A stretch of 64,000 nt of DNA from a virus, in the IMG/VR virus record IMGVR_UViG_3300045988_112808. One strand, written 5' to 3'. Made by a program: the position numbers and the translations under genes. This document shows, piece by piece, positions 62,032-64,000 of this stretch (its first letter is position 1; each line of letters starts with the position of its first letter). The notes below the pieces were generated by a model. The model saw nothing but the letters and a program-made list of their open reading frames with translations. It was not told where the DNA came from and searched no databases.

Positions 62032-62841
62032 TTAAATACTTAACTCTTCAATGGTCAAGCCTTTTTCTTTTGCCCATTTTAACATCGAGCATAATTCTGT
62101 TTCTGATTTATATTTCGGATCACGCCACGCCCATCCGAATTTATCCAGGACATGATGATATAATTCGTCGGCCTTTGCCGTGTAAATGTCTTTGAATAAA
62201 TGCTCCGAACCTTCCGGTATAAGCATCTCTGTTGTTGCAAAATCGGAATACGATAAACATCCGTAAGCATATTCTGTTATTTCACTCCACGCTTCTCCGG
62301 CTTTAAATCCAAATTCTTTTACAAAAGCCAAAGTTAGATACATATTTAATAATATTGTTACATCATATCCCGAATCTGACTTTCTTTCTATTATTTTCTT
62401 TTCAAATTCCTTTAAATCTTCAGGTCCTAAAAAGATGTATCCTGATACCGACCGATAATTAGCCTCCGCATACTTCTTGCATTTATCATCATTAACAATC
62501 TTACCAATGTTAGATAACATCTTTTGCCTCCATTCATCACAAAACTCTACCTCTACGTTTATCCAATCGGTACCATAATTGTATTCTTTTGGATGTCCGA
62601 CCGATATTACCTTTATGTTATTCACACCATATTCATAAAGGCGTTCGCCCACCTTATTCGCCCATTCCTGTACAAAAGGAATAAACTTATTGCAATAAGA
62701 ATCAAAATCAAAATCTAATTCCTCCTCATATTCCGGCATCTCTTCATAATCTTGTTCAAAGAAATAGCGAGGATCTGCTATTGTTTCATAGAAACTTACG
62801 TTAATGAAACAAAACTCGTTGGTTGTCGTTTTTAATATCAT
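62032..62841 (-). CDS. hypothetical acidic protein (269 aa)
   Basis: ORF-track ORF. Confidence 0.7.
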   Translation of the reverse strand: MILKTTTNEFCFINVSFYETIADPRYFFEQDYEEMPEYEEELDFDFDSYCNKFIPFVQEWANKVGERLYEYGVNNIKVISVGHPKEYNYGTDWINVEVEFCDEWRQKMLSNIGKIVNDDKCKKYAEANYRSVSGYIFLGPEDLKEFEKKIIERKSDSGYDVTILLNMYLTLAFVKEFGFKAGEAWSEITEYAYGCLSYSDFATTEMLIPEGSEHLFKDIYTAKADELYHHVLDKFGWAWRDPKYKSETELCSMLKWAKEKGLTIEELSI

Positions 62842-63092
62842 AGCTTTTTGTATTTACGTACATTTTTCTTGCCATAGAATCTACACATGGCACGAATCTG
62901 ACTATAAAATACTTTTGTCCTCCTGGCCTCAAAGTATTTAAACATTTCTTCATTCTTTGTTTCCCACACGTAATCCGTTTGAGAACTCATGTGATTTTTG
63001 TCCTTGCGTGAATAATGGTAATATGATACCACAACACGTTTCGCACCATTCTTTACAGGTACGATATTCACATCTATGTTATTATCTGTCAT
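62838..63092 (-). CDS. hypothetical protein (84 aa)
   Basis: ORF-track ORF; ATGA overlap downstream. Confidence 0.6.
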   Translation of the reverse strand: MTDNNIDVNIVPVKNGAKRVVVSYYHYSRKDKNHMSSQTDYVWETKNEEMFKYFEARRTKVFYSQIRAMCRFYGKKNVRKYKKL

Positions 63093-63123
63093 ATTATTAT
63101 CGTTTTATATATTATACAAATAC

Positions 63124-63157
63124 AAAGAGCGCATACCTTCACAGGCCGGCGCTCTTT
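63124..63157 (-). terminator. hairpin / terminator candidate
   Basis: AAAGAGCGC (63124-63132) / GCGCTCTTT (63149-63157), 9-bp perfect inverted repeat, 55 nt after stop 63212. Only a moderately T-rich tail on the minus strand. Confidence 0.45.
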
Positions 63158-63211
63158 TCAATAAAAATGAAAAAACTAACATTACATAAACATATTGTTT
63201 TCTGCTCTTTA

Positions 63212-63445
63212 TTACAATACTTTTGTCCCACAATTGTTATATCGTCCGTACTCTTTTTTCGTATCATTCAAGATTTCAAACACCATCTTCTTATGATCTT
63301 TGTTTGGTAACTTGTCTTTAACAGCCGATATCACGCTCGCTATAGACGTAAAGCCTGAATCTGTTATTGAACACAACAACAAACCTCTGTCGTCGTCTGT
63401 GCTTATCGCTGACGCCTTTATAATATCATTCCTATATATTCTCAT
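63212..63445 (-). CDS. hypothetical protein (77 aa)
   Basis: ORF-track ORF. Confidence 0.6.
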   Translation of the reverse strand: MRIYRNDIIKASAISTDDDRGLLLCSITDSGFTSIASVISAVKDKLPNKDHKKMVFEILNDTKKEYGRYNNCGTKVL

Positions 63446-63623
63446 AATCTTTCGTTTTATTGTCTACAAACTTATCTATATCGTCTCTTATTCTTTTTAG
63501 CACTCCGGCTATAATTTCCGGCATCTCTCCTTCGGTACGGTTCAGAGTTTCTATCACCCCATCAATCCTACCAATTTGACGCCATAAGAAATTGGCGTCT
63601 TTCGCATTAAATTCCCTCATCAT
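63432..63623 (-). CDS. hypothetical protein (63 aa)
   Basis: ORF-track ORF. Confidence 0.6.
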   Translation of the reverse strand: MMREFNAKDANFLWRQIGRIDGVIETLNRTEGEMPEIIAGVLKRIRDDIDKFVDNKTKDYENI

Positions 63624-63854
63624 GTCTTATTTTACAGTAAACAACTTGCTTTTTTAAGCACCAGTCTTGCGATTCTGAGAGTGAACACCGTTCGGAGTTG
63701 TTAAAAAATATACAATCTTTGCAGAACATAAGAGGATCTTCGTCGTCACCAACTACTTTGACATCATACTCTATACCATACAATTTTAATCTAAATACAT
63801 CTCCTGTTTTTTAGAAGACAAATCCATGTTCGGACCGAATGTTATTACTTCCAT
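63607..63854 (-). pseudogene. small Cys-containing gene with an apparent 1-nt frame break at an A6 run
   Basis: ATG 63854 gives MEVITFGPNMDLSSKK.., stopping after 22 codons. The -1 frame continues TGDVFRLKLYGIEYDVKVVGDDEDPLMFCKDCIFFNNSERCSLSESQDWCLKK... to TAA 63609-63607. The junction is at plus-strand T6 63807-63812. Confidence 0.45.
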
Positions 63855-63879
63855 ATAATTATGTTTTATTGTTTGTGAG

Positions 63880-63975
63880 ATGCCCAGAATCGAACCAGGA
63901 CCGGCACATACATACCGGCACGCCGCGCCATCCCTCTATGATACACAAATAGACATGCCTATTCTCACGAACCGA
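63880..63975 (-). other. GC-rich intergenic island with a tRNA-like T-arm and short direct repeats; not a canonical tRNA
   Basis: The minus strand contains CCTGG-TTCGATT-CTGGG (a T-arm-like stem-loop with two G-U pairs that forms only in the minus-strand RNA). It also has the direct repeats GTGCCGGT x2 and GGCATGTC x2. I could not build a full cloverleaf. Confidence 0.3.
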
Positions 63976-64000
63976 CATGCCAAAACCCAAAACTTAATTT

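Noticed and set aside
63880-63975. Calling a tRNA gene on the minus strand from the GGTTCGATTCTGG T-arm-like motif
   Set aside because: The acceptor pairing is only 5-6 bp with mismatches. No D-arm or 7-nt anticodon loop could be built, and the span (94 nt) contains direct repeats instead. It is kept only as a tRNA-like element pending a covariance-model scan.
1-64000. Genome-wide stop-codon reassignment (TGA to Trp or TAG to Gln)
   Set aside because: TGA terminates the 2033-aa ORF, tnpB and many others. TAG terminates ORFs at 40675, 47450, 51617 and 58609. The giant late genes contain no in-frame stops. Only two isolated in-frame stops (10406, 43230) exist.

Overview
This is a 64-kb AT-rich segment of a tailed dsDNA phage genome. 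Gene content and promoter motifs fit best with a crAss-like (Crassvirales-type) virus of Bacteroidota, but that placement is an inference. All functional calls rest on motif recognition by eye, with no searches run. There are two convergent transcription blocks that meet at a perfect 16-bp inverted repeat (21901-21947). The plus-strand block (1-21901) holds two giant ORFs (2033 aa and 2137 aa), a 751-aa ORF and three small ORFs that each start with MRRRF. It is interrupted by a ~5-kb accessory island (8.9-13.9 kb) of small genes, including a Bro-N protein, bounded by its own terminators and Bacteroidota-type TAnnTTTG promoter boxes. The minus-strand block (21991-63854) holds about 85 tightly packed genes. 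These include a replication module: Toprim primase, DnaB-type helicase, SF2 helicase, a Cas4-like nuclease and a second PD-(D/E)XK-like nuclease. They also include a Dam-family N6-adenine methyltransferase, an ABC-type ATPase, a minimal nucleotidyltransferase, and a long array of small unknown early genes. The items most worth a second look are: (1) an ACP / NfeD-like / flotillin operon inside the replication module; (2) a solo TnpB (IS200/IS605 OrfB-type RNA-guided nuclease) wedged between phage genes with almost no flanking DNA; (3) two genes interrupted by single in-frame stops (TGA at 10406, TAG at 43230) while both codons also act as true terminators elsewhere; (4) at least six small minus-strand genes broken by 1-nt frame shifts, mostly at short homopolymers; (5) about 15-20 short (70-130 nt) GC-rich, GC3-biased islands inside AT-rich genes and in three intergenic gaps; (6) repeated protein modules (MRRRF N-termini, a shared N-terminal module of two large virion genes, DUF1566-like domains, tandem paralogues). 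I saw no rRNA, no CRISPR array, no convincing canonical tRNA, no integrase and no DNA polymerase in this window.
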